A DNA stretch of 64,000 nucleotides from a virus (taxonomy: Duplodnaviria > Caudoviricetes). Position 1 is the first letter of the stretch. Every line of letters starts with the position of its first letter. The notes below the pieces were generated by a model. That model was given only the letters and a program-made list of their open reading frames with translations, was not told the origin of the DNA and did no database searches. The stretch covers positions 11,910 through 75,909 of IMG/VR virus record IMGVR_UViG_3300024283_000010, one strand, 5' to 3'. Shown here in pieces: positions 48,820 to 59,406 of this stretch. Both the position numbers and the translations under genes were made by a program.

Positions 48820-50283
48820 ATGCCAGTAGCACCTTATAATTACTCAAATCAACCATCCACCGTGATGGGAACAACCTCGGAAGGTTTCGTAACCGGACTT
48901 GGTTTACTTGCCGACATTCCGCAGGTACGTAAAGACCTCTTATCGAGGCATGGAATGGATAAAAATTGGTATACCATGCTCAAAGAAATGGGCTTGGGGC
49001 AACCACTTGAAGGCCCCGTGTATGCACACTGGGAAAAAGATTGGATCATCAATAACTTTTTGGTAGGTTCGGTTATTACCCCCTCTACAGGTGCGGGAAC
49101 ATCCGTAGTCGTAGCGATTGATACCGCTTCGATGTATACTACCACTGTTACAGGTTATGGCACTCAGTCATTTTCTTATCCTGCACAATGGGATATTATT
49201 AAATTAGTGGACAACAGCGAGGCGCAGATCATCCTTAAAGATGAAACAGTTACTCCTCACCGTTTGACCATTAAACCACGCCTTTCAACAAACGATCTTT
49301 CAGGAAAACTTGTTGCAGGTGCCCGTTATTGGATTACCTCGAATGCTTTCGCAGAAGGTACATTAGGCGCAGACCCGAAAGAGCCACGCCTGTACCGTCA
49401 ACAGAATAACACGCAGATTATCAAATCAGCGTATGGTATCACAGGGTCAGCCATGACAGACCGTATGCCTATCAAGGCTATAGGCGGTCAGGAAGGCAAC
49501 TACATGATGATCGTAGGTTCTGAAGACACCGAAAAGCAGCAGATGGATAAAATATCCAAAGCGCTATGGTTCTCTGTACAGGGTGATAATAACGTTACTC
49601 AGAACATGGCAGCAGCACAAAACCGTGTAGCGCCAGTAAGAACCACTCAGGGCTTGGATGACTATATCACTAACTCAGGCGGTAACCTATTGTCATACAG
49701 CTTCGGTAACTTCTCTATGACCGACTTTGACAATATTGGTACTATCCTTCAGCGCGAACGTGCCGGAACCAAGACCTTCTTGGCGCCAATGGCATACGGA
49801 CTGCGCACTCAGGCTGACAATACGCTGAAAACGTACATGAACAACACCTGTTTCCAGTACGCGGCACAAAGCGGAAAGATCAAGTCTGATATGTTCAGCT
49901 CATTCTCTGACCCTCAGGACTTCTTCCTGTGGCTGTCATTTGACGGTGTACACAAAGGTGGCTACAACTACCTGTTACGCACTCAGGAAGAACTGAACGA
50001 GCAGATGGGTGCCGGTACAGAAGGGTACAACTGGGCAGGCGTAGGCTATGTTCTTCCAATCGACTTTGTACAAAGCAAATTCGACAAGGACGCCACTGCT
50101 TCAGTAGGGTATCGTTACAAATCATTAGGCGGTTACAACCGTGAAATGGAACAGCACTATACAGGTGGTGCAGGTATTGACCCTGCTACATCTTCAATAG
50201 ATGCTAAGTTCCTTGACATCCGTTCTGAAATCGGTGCGGAAATGGCTTTAGCTAACTTAATGGTTAAACTAATAGGAATCTAA
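48820..50283 (+). CDS. Major capsid protein
   Basis: 487 aa; NNTQIIKSAYGITGSA and TQGLDDYI segments typical of crAss-like HK97-fold MCPs; biased codons; terminator downstream. Confidence 0.85.
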   Translation: MPVAPYNYSNQPSTVMGTTSEGFVTGLGLLADIPQVRKDLLSRHGMDKNWYTMLKEMGLGQPLEGPVYAHWEKDWIINNFLVGSVITPSTGAGTSVVVAIDTASMYTTTVTGYGTQSFSYPAQWDIIKLVDNSEAQIILKDETVTPHRLTIKPRLSTNDLSGKLVAGARYWITSNAFAEGTLGADPKEPRLYRQQNNTQIIKSAYGITGSAMTDRMPIKAIGGQEGNYMMIVGSEDTEKQQMDKISKALWFSVQGDNNVTQNMAAAQNRVAPVRTTQGLDDYITNSGGNLLSYSFGNFSMTDFDNIGTILQRERAGTKTFLAPMAYGLRTQADNTLKTYMNNTCFQYAAQSGKIKSDMFSSFSDPQDFFLWLSFDGVHKGGYNYLLRTQEELNEQMGAGTEGYNWAGVGYVLPIDFVQSKFDKDATASVGYRYKSLGGYNREMEQHYTGGAGIDPATSSIDAKFLDIRSEIGAEMALANLMVKLIGI

Positions 50284-50287
50284 AATT

Positions 50288-50314
50288 ATAGGGGGTGTAA
50301 AAGCCCCCTTATTT
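50288..50314 (+). terminator. Terminator after MCP
   Basis: AGGGGGT-GTAAAA-GCCCCCT then TATTT. Confidence 0.7.
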
Positions 50315-50333
50315 AAACACTTAAACACATAGC

Positions 50334-51440
50334 ATGGCTCTTTACATTGATAATGAGGTAGTTAATAAAACAAAACTTTTTGAACTGCTTAACGTACCCA
50401 AAAATTCAATCCCTTCACCGAGGGAAAAACGCTTTCAGTTTCCTTCACGGACAGACCAAGACGGTAACAGGCGTCACTTAGGTCGTCTTTTGTGTAATGA
50501 ATACGCTGTATATGTACCTTCCTTAAACCGGGATGTACGTGTAAGATGGGCAAACTCACAAAAGAAAGATAAAGACGGAAACTTTGAATATTTCCCTTCG
50601 GATAACGAGATAAAAGCAGGGGAAGGTGGCGAAGTAGTAGTGAATGACGATATGGCCTATCTTTTCTGGTATATCAACCCGATGAACAGACAAAGCCCGT
50701 TCAGGAAGCCGCAAGCACCCGTTATCTATGAGTTCCTTGACAACGATCACTTGGCTAAGGTGTCTAACGATAAGGACGAAACACGCATTATAGCGATGTC
50801 TATCGTGTTAGGTAACAACGCATGGCCTATAGAACGCCTGCGTACCTTAGCAAAGGGGATGGGTATCGGTGGTGTAGACCAGATGACAGCAGAAGTGGTT
50901 AAGAACCAGTTAAAAGAACGTGCTTACAAAGACCCTGTTACCTTTATCAATCAGGCAGAAAGCAGGGAAGTAGCCTTTGCAGGCAAGATACAGGAAGCTA
51001 TAGACCGTCATATTATCCAACTACGCACCGTAAACGGTATGCAGCGTTGGTATTTGAATAACAACGAAATTATCCCCGTTCAATATGGTATTGATGCCCG
51101 TAAGATACTTGACGACCATTTATCAGCTAAGTGGTATATGTATTCAGACGAGATCAATCAGACACTGGAAGGCACTTCAATAGCTACCAATTTGGCACAT
51201 GCTGAAAATGACGAGCATTTTGAAGAAGCCCCCGTTGTAGAAACGATGTCAGAAGTAGACCCGGACGTGTTGCACGAATACAAGAAGCTAAAGGAAAATG
51301 AGTACAAGTTCGAAAAGGTAAAGAAATACGCGGAGATGGACTTGAACGACCCTAAACTGCATGTGCTTTCAAAAAAGGCAGCAGAGGGATTGATGGACGA
51401 AATCAACCTGTACAGGCAGGTAAATAATATCAAAATATAA
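50334..51440 (+). CDS. Putative structural or assembly protein following MCP
   Basis: 368 aa; synteny with crAss-like late modules. Confidence 0.55.
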   Translation: MALYIDNEVVNKTKLFELLNVPKNSIPSPREKRFQFPSRTDQDGNRRHLGRLLCNEYAVYVPSLNRDVRVRWANSQKKDKDGNFEYFPSDNEIKAGEGGEVVVNDDMAYLFWYINPMNRQSPFRKPQAPVIYEFLDNDHLAKVSNDKDETRIIAMSIVLGNNAWPIERLRTLAKGMGIGGVDQMTAEVVKNQLKERAYKDPVTFINQAESREVAFAGKIQEAIDRHIIQLRTVNGMQRWYLNNNEIIPVQYGIDARKILDDHLSAKWYMYSDEINQTLEGTSIATNLAHAENDEHFEEAPVVETMSEVDPDVLHEYKKLKENEYKFEKVKKYAEMDLNDPKLHVLSKKAAEGLMDEINLYRQVNNIKI

Positions 51441-51465
51441 ATTGGGTTTAGTTTTCATGTGGTTT

Positions 51466-51497
51466 AAATGGAGGTTTGGTTAGCCTCCATTTTTTTT
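51466..51497 (+). terminator. Rho-independent terminator
   Basis: ATGGAGG...CCTCCAT followed by T7. Confidence 0.8.
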
Positions 51498-51535
51498 ATA
51501 TAATATATTCTTTATTTCATATATTTGGTAACAGG

Positions 51536-52231
51536 ATGATAGCTGTAAAATTCTTATGGGACAGGACTTCGGCATACATAGCCAAATACCAAAGTGGTAC
51601 AGATATTGTCGCCTACTTTAATTCTGCTTTATCCGAAGTGCAAAGTGAGATTTTTAACGACTTCAGTCCAATATATGATGAGAGTGAAAAAGTTAAGTCG
51701 CTACTTGATTTTTGGGTTCGCCCACAGACAGGTACATCTAATGCAGACGGCACGGTAGGAATAGGCACAGCGCCAGAAGTAGTAGCACGTCCTTTAGGAG
51801 TAGGTTATGCCACAAGTCCAAGTTTAATCGAATTTGGCATACCATCGGTAGCTGAAAATGAACTGATGGCCATAGCAAGAATACCACAGCGCGCACCTAA
51901 CGTAGCTAAGAAGAATGTTTACTACAGGTTTAATTCACCTTCTACAGCAAACTTTTATCCGGCACAGGCAATTCCTTATTCAATGTTTTATCTCATCTAT
52001 CCTTCACCTGCTTATATAGCATTTACATTCAGTGAAACGGATGACGAGGATATAATGACTTACGATGCAGCTAACAGTGTCGATTTGGCATGGCCTGCCG
52101 CTGCCACCAACTTAATTTTATATAAATTATTAGAAAAAATTGGCGTGAATATCAGGGAGCAGTTGCTTCAAGAATACGCTAAGTATGGTATAATTCAATC
52201 GGCGCAAGCCGGGGAGGGTAAACGTGACTAA
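51536..52231 (+). CDS. Tail ring / adaptor protein (probable)
   Basis: Start at MIAVKF after TATATTTG; position between capsid and tail stabilisation genes. Confidence 0.6.
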   Translation: MIAVKFLWDRTSAYIAKYQSGTDIVAYFNSALSEVQSEIFNDFSPIYDESEKVKSLLDFWVRPQTGTSNADGTVGIGTAPEVVARPLGVGYATSPSLIEFGIPSVAENELMAIARIPQRAPNVAKKNVYYRFNSPSTANFYPAQAIPYSMFYLIYPSPAYIAFTFSETDDEDIMTYDAANSVDLAWPAAATNLILYKLLEKIGVNIREQLLQEYAKYGIIQSAQAGEGKRD

Positions 52232-52832
52232 GGCCGAAATCATATCACAGGCGTTAATCAAGATCGAAGGTGGGCATCCCACTACAGATACAGCAGTTCG
52301 TTGGGGGGAGTGTGAAACATACCTTGCTATGGCTGTCAATTATGTTATGGTAGGCCAGTATTGGGCTGAAAACAGGTCTGAGGGTGGTCATAACATCAAC
52401 CCACTATTATACACCGTTTTTGAGAACATAGTGATACAGCAGGATAGTACCACTCAACGATATTATTTTACCCTGCCAAAGAAGTTAATCACACTGCCAA
52501 AAGCAAGGGCTTTAGAGGTAAATACCATGTGTGGTAAAAAGTGTTTCCCACTTACTCAGGGAGATGATGCTTTGGAGCAATACTACGGTAAATTAAAGAC
52601 CTGCATAAGCTATTACCCCGAAGGACAAACCAAAGTTTGGCTATATAATAAACCCGCTTTGGTAAAGGATGTAAGGACTAAACAATGGGTTCATGTAGGT
52701 GATATGTTAGATACCGATGAAGTAATATTACCGTCAGACGGAGATACTAAGGTGGTAGACCTTATGGTCAGTTTCCTTCTTGGCGAAAGACAGTTACCAC
52801 AGGATTATACACAGGACACTAAGGACAACTGA
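52224..52832 (+). CDS. Tail ring protein (probable)
   Basis: N-terminal MTKAEIISQAL helix like tail tubular proteins; synteny. Confidence 0.6.
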   Translation: MTKAEIISQALIKIEGGHPTTDTAVRWGECETYLAMAVNYVMVGQYWAENRSEGGHNINPLLYTVFENIVIQQDSTTQRYYFTLPKKLITLPKARALEVNTMCGKKCFPLTQGDDALEQYYGKLKTCISYYPEGQTKVWLYNKPALVKDVRTKQWVHVGDMLDTDEVILPSDGDTKVVDLMVSFLLGERQLPQDYTQDTKDN

Positions 52833-52929
52833 CATGGGGAATAAAGTAACTTTAAAGAACCATGTTAGCTATAAGATACATTCTATAAAATGTTGGATTT
52901 ACGTTACAGTTGATTATTATTTAAATTAA

Positions 52930-53706
52930 ATGGGAGTTGTCGCGACAGAGCAGATAATGCTTGAATTATGTAAAGAAACCGGAGAACCGGGATTTACCAA
53001 TAATTCCACTATTTGGGGTTGTATTTTTGACGCAATTCGCGATTTGTCGCTTCATGCAATGCCTTGTTGGGGCGTTACTGAGGGTTTAATACCCGATTTA
53101 AGAAACGCTATTTGTTGGCCTTCTGCCTGTGTTAAACCGTTAATGACTTTTGTAACTCGCACTCATACTGATAATCAGGGAACTTTACATAAAAGGTCAT
53201 TTGCTTTGGCAGTTGATGATTCTTTACTTGGCACAATCAATAAAACTTCTCTTTCAGATACGTCATGCGACCAACAGTTATGGGAGTTTTTCAGAACAGA
53301 CCTATTTTATGCAGTTGCGCCTTATACGTCGTGGAACTTTGGCTTAGGTGAGGTTTACGGACTACCAAGCGGATATTGGAAGGACGGAGTTGTAACCTAC
53401 GACCAACCACGCAGACAGAGTTTTATAAACGGGTGCAGGGTTGAAAGCAGTGACACGTATGGCATGTTTTTCTCAAGCGATGGATTGTCGGAAATTCCTG
53501 AATGGGTGCCATCTCAATGTAAAGAGGCTATTGAGTTTTTTGCATTAGCTAAATACTATCGTACCCGTAACCCACAATTAGGTGAACTTAACAGGAAGAA
53601 CTATAAGGAAGAATTTCACAGGCTGAGTTCTTTTGAGTCGGATGAGGGGTTAACAGTTTGGATTGATGCCATGAGGTCAAATGTTATGTCAGCGCCAAAA
53701 ATGTAA
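52930..53706 (+). CDS. Tail ring protein (probable)
   Basis: Synteny; C-terminal CKEAIEFFALAKY helix. Confidence 0.55.
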   Translation: MGVVATEQIMLELCKETGEPGFTNNSTIWGCIFDAIRDLSLHAMPCWGVTEGLIPDLRNAICWPSACVKPLMTFVTRTHTDNQGTLHKRSFALAVDDSLLGTINKTSLSDTSCDQQLWEFFRTDLFYAVAPYTSWNFGLGEVYGLPSGYWKDGVVTYDQPRRQSFINGCRVESSDTYGMFFSSDGLSEIPEWVPSQCKEAIEFFALAKYYRTRNPQLGELNRKNYKEEFHRLSSFESDEGLTVWIDAMRSNVMSAPKM

Positions 53707-53709
53707 GTC

Positions 53710-56700
53710 ATGGCTGAGAAAAAGATAACCACAAACGTTTTCACAGAGGCAGTTGATGTTGATACCGCAGATCAATATCTAAAACCTACTGCATTAAGGC
53801 GCATGGTTAATATGCGCGTATATGGCTCAGGGAGACGCGGAGTGGCTACTTCTGTTCTCGGTAATACCCAAGTATTGAACACACTACCATCAGGAACTAA
53901 CAAGTGCTTGGGATGGGCAGCCAACGAAGAACTCGGACGTCTTTTTTTCTTCAACTACAACTCTAACGGCAATCACGGTATTTACTTTTACGATATTCAG
54001 TCCAACACCATTACGCAGGTATTATTAAATCTGACTGATACCAATGGTGTAGATATTCTCAAATTCGATCCCAATTATCCTATATATCACGCAGACGTTA
54101 TACAGGACGACTTATTATACTGGTGTGATGGCTTAAATAAAGCTCGTAAAACGAATACAAATCGTTGTATAGATAAAACCTCGACCGGCTATGGAACGGT
54201 GATTACAGAGGATTTTATTACGGCATACAAGCAAGCTCCGGTATATTCACCTACGTGGAAATTCGTAACCGATCTGACCAAAAGTTCAAACTACCTGTAT
54301 GGCATTCAGTTTAAGATGTGTTATCGCTTTTATTATTTCGATAACGAACAATCTGATTGCAGTCCTTACAGTGATGTGCCATTGCCGCCTAATGAAAGTT
54401 ATCTTGGTATAGGTGATGTTTCCTTCAATAACAACGCTATTGAGTGGAGCATGGAGACAGGCAGCAGGGATGTGAGCAAGATAGAGTTACTGGTAAAGAT
54501 CAATCAGGATGATTGGGCAAGCGTAGTAGTACTCAATAAAGCAGATTCGGGCATTCCCGATTATTCTGTTTTTGTTTATACGTTTTATAATGACGGGCCA
54601 CTTATCACAGTAGACCAGTTAAAGGTAGCACGTCCGTACTCTTATCTTCCCTATAAGCCCAAATGTCAATCGTTCTTAAACAGGGCGATGTCCTATTCAA
54701 ACTTTTTGGAAGGTTTCCCTGTAGTTCATGTTGATGCGACTATTGCGGTGACGTTTAAACCTTTTTATCTTCCATCAGGCACGGTATCACAGCTAAACAG
54801 TCCATCGTTCACCACTACACTGATAAGCAATACAGAGCATGGCGGTGTATTTAACTCATGGTGGACAACAACTACCCATTTTATCATCGGAAGTGATGTA
54901 AAGAAAGGCAACGTATTCTTTATACAGTCTTATGGCGGTAACGGGGGAAAGAACTTCTCTTACACAGCTACCAACGCAGATACGGAAAGTACCGTTGCAG
55001 CACGTATCAAACAATGGTTAAGGACGATTGATGCCGTAGGGACAGGCACAGTGAGTAATGAAAGCGCAGCAGGTGGTAATGCGTCATGGGATTTTACCAT
55101 TGAGGCGCATGAGGGCAAAAACTCAATCACCTTTTCTACCTCCGTAACGCCTGTTAACTATTCAACCTTACTGGATAATGGGTTATCCATAAATACTATA
55201 AAAATGGGCGCGTCCCGTAAGTATGGCATTATCTTCTATAATGATGATGGCGTGACAAGTGACGTTTACACCACTAATTCTCTTTTGGTGCGCACGCCTT
55301 TTCAAACCGAACCATCGGCAGACGGGGTTACGCCAATAGGCTTACAACAACCTATACACACGATTACGATCACTTCCTTACCCCCAAGTTGGGCGACCTA
55401 TTACTCATTGGTAAGGACAAACGATACAGCAACCTTTATTCAATTACTCATTCAACAGGTAAACACGGTAGAAGTAGCTAATGAGGATACTTATTTAGAT
55501 ATGATAGTGGGTAGTTTATTTACCTATCAACTGATACACCCTGATACGATACTTAAATATGAGTTTAAAAGAGGGGACAGGCTAAGGCTAATATCTAACG
55601 AAGCATCTGCGCCACCTACTCCCTATACCCCTTTCTACGAAACAGAGGTGTTAAGTTATTCAGACAGGGTAGTCGAAGTTGTCAATTCAGATATAGCGGT
55701 TCAGGTTCCTGCCAGTAACAGCGTTACGCCAAGCGTTACACCCGATTTACAGCATATAGGGAAATATATAGTAATTAATGATGTACAACGGCTAATCACA
55801 GGGGTGTCGGGTGGTGATTATATTTTGGACGAACCTATTCAGCCTAACGTAACTTATGCAAGCGGTACGAACACGACTACTATTTACCCCAATTTCTCTT
55901 ATGTAGATACAAGGGGTATCATAAGGATAAAAAAACCGCCAACGGGCTATTCTTTTGGAAGTGGCGCACAACCGCTTATAGAGATTTATAGACCTGATAA
56001 CAACATCAATAATTTAGAGTTCCTTAATTTTTCTGATTTTCAGCAGAAATACCCTATTATCAATGGTGGGTTCGTAGGAAATATTGCTAACGCTTCTGGT
56101 TCGCCTAATCAAGACCCAAGCGACCCTGTAAACTTCCCTGCTATCATTCAAGTATCACAAGGAGATGCTTATGTGCGTAACAGGGCTATGCCGACCAATA
56201 GCGATAAGATAAATCCTCAGTTAATTATTGACCAGATATGCGACCCTAACTTTTCAGACTTTTACCAGTCTAATCTTTATGGTACAGGCAGGATATACCC
56301 GCAAGATCAGGGTTTCGGTCAGATACAATTTACGCAAAGGATACGTTTTAGCAATAACTACATTCAGGGAACAAGGATAAACGGGCTGAACGACTTCGAT
56401 AACGTAGACAGGAAAGACTACAACGACCAATACGGGGCTATTATATTAACCCGTATGCGCGGGGATTATGTGTACTTCTTTAAGTCATTAAAAACTACGT
56501 GGAGTCCGGTATCTAAAAGACTGATACAGGATAACAGTGGTAATAATTTGCTTACCACGTCTTCCGAATTATTGAACGACCTTCAGTACTCATCATGGGA
56601 AGGTGGCATAGGTAACAACCCTGAAAGCTGGCTGGATGACGGTAGTTATCAGAAATACGCATCTGCTAATTCAGGTGTATTTATCCGTATCGCACAAGAC

Positions 56701-57801
56701 GGGTCGATACCTATATCGGAACTGTACTTGTTTGATAAAAAAGCAAGGGCTATCCTATCACAAATATCTAAGAACGATGTAAAGATAACAGGAGTACATG
56801 ATAGGTTTAGTGGTGAGGATTTATGGGCAATACCGTCCTATATCGACTATATTTTCAATGGTAACTTTTATACAAACGACTGGAAAACGGCTTTAGACCT
56901 TTATTCTGATGGCACTACGTGGGCAATTATAGCACAACCCGCTAACAGCACCGCTACAGTGACAGGAAATCAGATAGAAATAACCGGAACAAGCACGTTA
57001 GGTGATGACTTTTTTACCTTTCAGGGAACGCTACCTGATACCAGTTTAACACCGGTTATAAAGTTCTGCTTTACGGTAATAACAGACCCTAATCCAACGT
57101 ATAACTGGATTGTTGATGGAAGTACTAACTACTGTAACGCGCCAAACGGGGCTAATGACGGTCAGGAAGGATGGAAGGTATTAGACGAGCAGAATGTTGG
57201 TACAGCAGTATTAACAGGGCGTATCATGCCGAATGTTCAAAACATATCACCTGATGCCATAGTGCCCAATACGGCTACTATAACTTACAACCCTAATTCA
57301 GATATTACCCCTTCAGGTGGTTCAGACGGGGATGTTTGGTATAATGGTTTATCGGACACGTTATATAAGAGAGTATCGGGGACATGGGTATTGCTAACTA
57401 ACAGGGTGGTGAATACGAACTACGTTCCAACGGTAGAGAATTTAGGGAGTTGCCCAATACCACCACCTGTAGGTAATTTCTCAGCATATGCGCAATATGG
57501 AGGATCAATAACAAGTGTGATAGATGGTACAGGAACCGGCACACCAGCCGGATTTAATCCTTGTAACTTATCTCCGGGACAGTCATTATCAGCTGTGTAT
57601 ACTACTTTAACAGCAGGGACATATGATATGGCTGTTACGGGAGTATCAACTATTCCGGGAAGAATATATGTAGCTATGATAGTTAATGGTGTAAATGTTG
57701 ATACTCCGCAGTTGTTTAATCATGCCGGAACTTATACATTTACATTAGCGGCACCGGCTAATGACCCGGATACGGTATCGTTTACGTTTATATATCAATA
57801 G
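53710..57801 (+). CDS. Tail stabilisation / nozzle protein, N-terminal part, with appended Ig-like domains
   Basis: 1363 aa; beta-propeller-like N-terminus, FKMCYRFYYFDNEQSDCSP, RIRFSNNYI.GT.INGLNDF motifs of crAss-like stabilisation proteins. Confidence 0.75.
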   Translation: MAEKKITTNVFTEAVDVDTADQYLKPTALRRMVNMRVYGSGRRGVATSVLGNTQVLNTLPSGTNKCLGWAANEELGRLFFFNYNSNGNHGIYFYDIQSNTITQVLLNLTDTNGVDILKFDPNYPIYHADVIQDDLLYWCDGLNKARKTNTNRCIDKTSTGYGTVITEDFITAYKQAPVYSPTWKFVTDLTKSSNYLYGIQFKMCYRFYYFDNEQSDCSPYSDVPLPPNESYLGIGDVSFNNNAIEWSMETGSRDVSKIELLVKINQDDWASVVVLNKADSGIPDYSVFVYTFYNDGPLITVDQLKVARPYSYLPYKPKCQSFLNRAMSYSNFLEGFPVVHVDATIAVTFKPFYLPSGTVSQLNSPSFTTTLISNTEHGGVFNSWWTTTTHFIIGSDVKKGNVFFIQSYGGNGGKNFSYTATNADTESTVAARIKQWLRTIDAVGTGTVSNESAAGGNASWDFTIEAHEGKNSITFSTSVTPVNYSTLLDNGLSINTIKMGASRKYGIIFYNDDGVTSDVYTTNSLLVRTPFQTEPSADGVTPIGLQQPIHTITITSLPPSWATYYSLVRTNDTATFIQLLIQQVNTVEVANEDTYLDMIVGSLFTYQLIHPDTILKYEFKRGDRLRLISNEASAPPTPYTPFYETEVLSYSDRVVEVVNSDIAVQVPASNSVTPSVTPDLQHIGKYIVINDVQRLITGVSGGDYILDEPIQPNVTYASGTNTTTIYPNFSYVDTRGIIRIKKPPTGYSFGSGAQPLIEIYRPDNNINNLEFLNFSDFQQKYPIINGGFVGNIANASGSPNQDPSDPVNFPAIIQVSQGDAYVRNRAMPTNSDKINPQLIIDQICDPNFSDFYQSNLYGTGRIYPQDQGFGQIQFTQRIRFSNNYIQGTRINGLNDFDNVDRKDYNDQYGAIILTRMRGDYVYFFKSLKTTWSPVSKRLIQDNSGNNLLTTSSELLNDLQYSSWEGGIGNNPESWLDDGSYQKYASANSGVFIRIAQDGSIPISELYLFDKKARAILSQISKNDVKITGVHDRFSGEDLWAIPSYIDYIFNGNFYTNDWKTALDLYSDGTTWAIIAQPANSTATVTGNQIEITGTSTLGDDFFTFQGTLPDTSLTPVIKFCFTVITDPNPTYNWIVDGSTNYCNAPNGANDGQEGWKVLDEQNVGTAVLTGRIMPNVQNISPDAIVPNTATITYNPNSDITPSGGSDGDVWYNGLSDTLYKRVSGTWVLLTNRVVNTNYVPTVENLGSCPIPPPVGNFSAYAQYGGSITSVIDGTGTGTPAGFNPCNLSPGQSLSAVYTTLTAGTYDMAVTGVSTIPGRIYVAMIVNGVNVDTPQLFNHAGTYTFTLAAPANDPDTVSFTFIYQ

Positions 57802-57803
57802 AA

Positions 57804-58727
57804 ATGGCACTACAGATCATCCAAAATACAGACGGCTTCATTAATGCCCCCATCGCTGCAACTGCGACCGGATGGTCAGTCGATGGTCAATATGCTCAGC
57901 ACGTTTCTTGTAACTCAGGCAAAATTATAGCCTTAACTGATTTTGGGTTAGTTGTAGGGCGTGACTATGTATTCACTTACACCGTAGACAATTATGTATC
58001 AGGACAAGTATGGGTTAATGCGGGAACGCAAGATGGAATAAATAGGACAGCTAACGGAACTTATACAGAAACAATCACCCAAACAGGTAATACCTCATTA
58101 TCATTTTATTCAGACGGTACGCTACGTATCAGTATGCTTAAATTTTATGATTTACTACTTGGCCCGCAATCGGCACAAGTTATTTCTTTCTTCGACAAGG
58201 CTAACAAATGGACAGCCGACTACGAATACGAAAATGATACGATGGCTAAATTTATCGACAGTTTCGTATCATGGAAGAATGGGAACTTATGGGTTCACAA
58301 TACCAATCCTGTACAGAATAACTTCTACGGAGATCAATTCAGTTCAAAACTGACTATAATCGTTAATACAGAGTATCAAAGAGAGAAGTTGTTTTATAAT
58401 TTCAGGTTAGATGCTGTAGGAAGATGGTATATGCCTGCAATTAGCACACCGGATAGTAACCAATTCCCAAATGGGATGCTCAGTCAGCTAAAGAAGAATA
58501 ACTTTAAGCTGATTGACAACAAACTTTGGGCTGATTTGCTAAACGACGTTAACGACCCGAACTTTGCAGGTATAAGCGACCCAACACAGCGAAGGTTAGC
58601 CGCTTTATTTGGAGGCAGAAAGATGCAAGGAGGGTGGCTGATTGTTGACTTACAGTGTGATGATACAGATTATCATGAAATTAGTTCAGTGTCCACGTAT
58701 TTTATCGAAACGGAACGTAGCATATAA
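57804..58727 (+). CDS. Tail stabilisation protein C-terminal part fused to a jelly-roll-like N-domain
   Basis: SFFDKANKWT...SWKNGNLWVHN...NNFYG...GRKMQG resembles the C-terminus of stabilisation proteins. Confidence 0.6.
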   Translation: MALQIIQNTDGFINAPIAATATGWSVDGQYAQHVSCNSGKIIALTDFGLVVGRDYVFTYTVDNYVSGQVWVNAGTQDGINRTANGTYTETITQTGNTSLSFYSDGTLRISMLKFYDLLLGPQSAQVISFFDKANKWTADYEYENDTMAKFIDSFVSWKNGNLWVHNTNPVQNNFYGDQFSSKLTIIVNTEYQREKLFYNFRLDAVGRWYMPAISTPDSNQFPNGMLSQLKKNNFKLIDNKLWADLLNDVNDPNFAGISDPTQRRLAALFGGRKMQGGWLIVDLQCDDTDYHEISSVSTYFIETERSI

Positions 58728-58738
58728 ATTGGGTATTT

Positions 58739-59263
58739 TCATTTTGGTGAAATGGCTATAATATTAAGGTTGGCAAATTCTCCATGTAATTTAACAGCCA
58801 TTTTGTTGTAAGCCAAAGCTGCCTCCTCTTCCGATATAAAATAACCGATGTGGTGTGATGTTTTATTATATTCTTTAATTCCAGACTTCCACTTTGAGTA
58901 TCTTGAATACCATGAAACGCCTAAGTATATAGATGTTGAGCCTTTGGCTGATCTTCTATTTTTACAGTTTTCGCTATTATTTGCCTCTCGTAGATTTTCA
59001 ATATGGTTATCTAACCTATTTCTATTAGCGTGGTCAACTATTTTAGGTAAGTATCCTGTATGCCAAAGGAATATAATTCTACTTATTGGGTGTTGCTTAC
59101 CATTTACTCCTACGTAATAACTGTATTCAGTTTTTTCGGTATTCGCTCTTATATATCCAGCCAACTGCCCTTTTTTAACAGAATTAGATTTCGGAGATTT
59201 CCAATAAAGTTTACCATTTTTATAATCAAATAATTCCTTTACAAGCTCCTGACTAATTTCCAT
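58739..59263 (-). CDS. HNH-AP2 homing endonuclease, inverted in late operon
   Basis: ISQELVKELFDYKNGKLYW; VDHANRNRLDNHIENLRE; AALAYNKMA...HGEFA. Confidence 0.9.
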   Translation of the reverse strand: MEISQELVKELFDYKNGKLYWKSPKSNSVKKGQLAGYIRANTEKTEYSYYVGVNGKQHPISRIIFLWHTGYLPKIVDHANRNRLDNHIENLREANNSENCKNRRSAKGSTSIYLGVSWYSRYSKWKSGIKEYNKTSHHIGYFISEEEAALAYNKMAVKLHGEFANLNIIAISPK

Positions 59264-59269
59264 ATAAAT

Positions 59270-59350
59270 AAAAAAACCACTAACGAGTTCAAGAGTGCGG
59301 TCTATCCCCCGTTAATGGTTAAATATCTTTACTAATCCGACCCGCACGTC
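59270..59350 (-). promoter_or_regulatory. Structured leader with the same architecture as 5355-5450
   Basis: AACCACTAACG/CGTTAATGGTT helix interleaved with GTGCGGTC/GACCCGCAC; shared TAAAT(A)TCTTT linker. Confidence 0.55.
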
Positions 59351-59406
59351 GATTAAATAATCGATATAAATATAATAAAATATTTTATCTTTATAAAACT
59401 ATTTAG

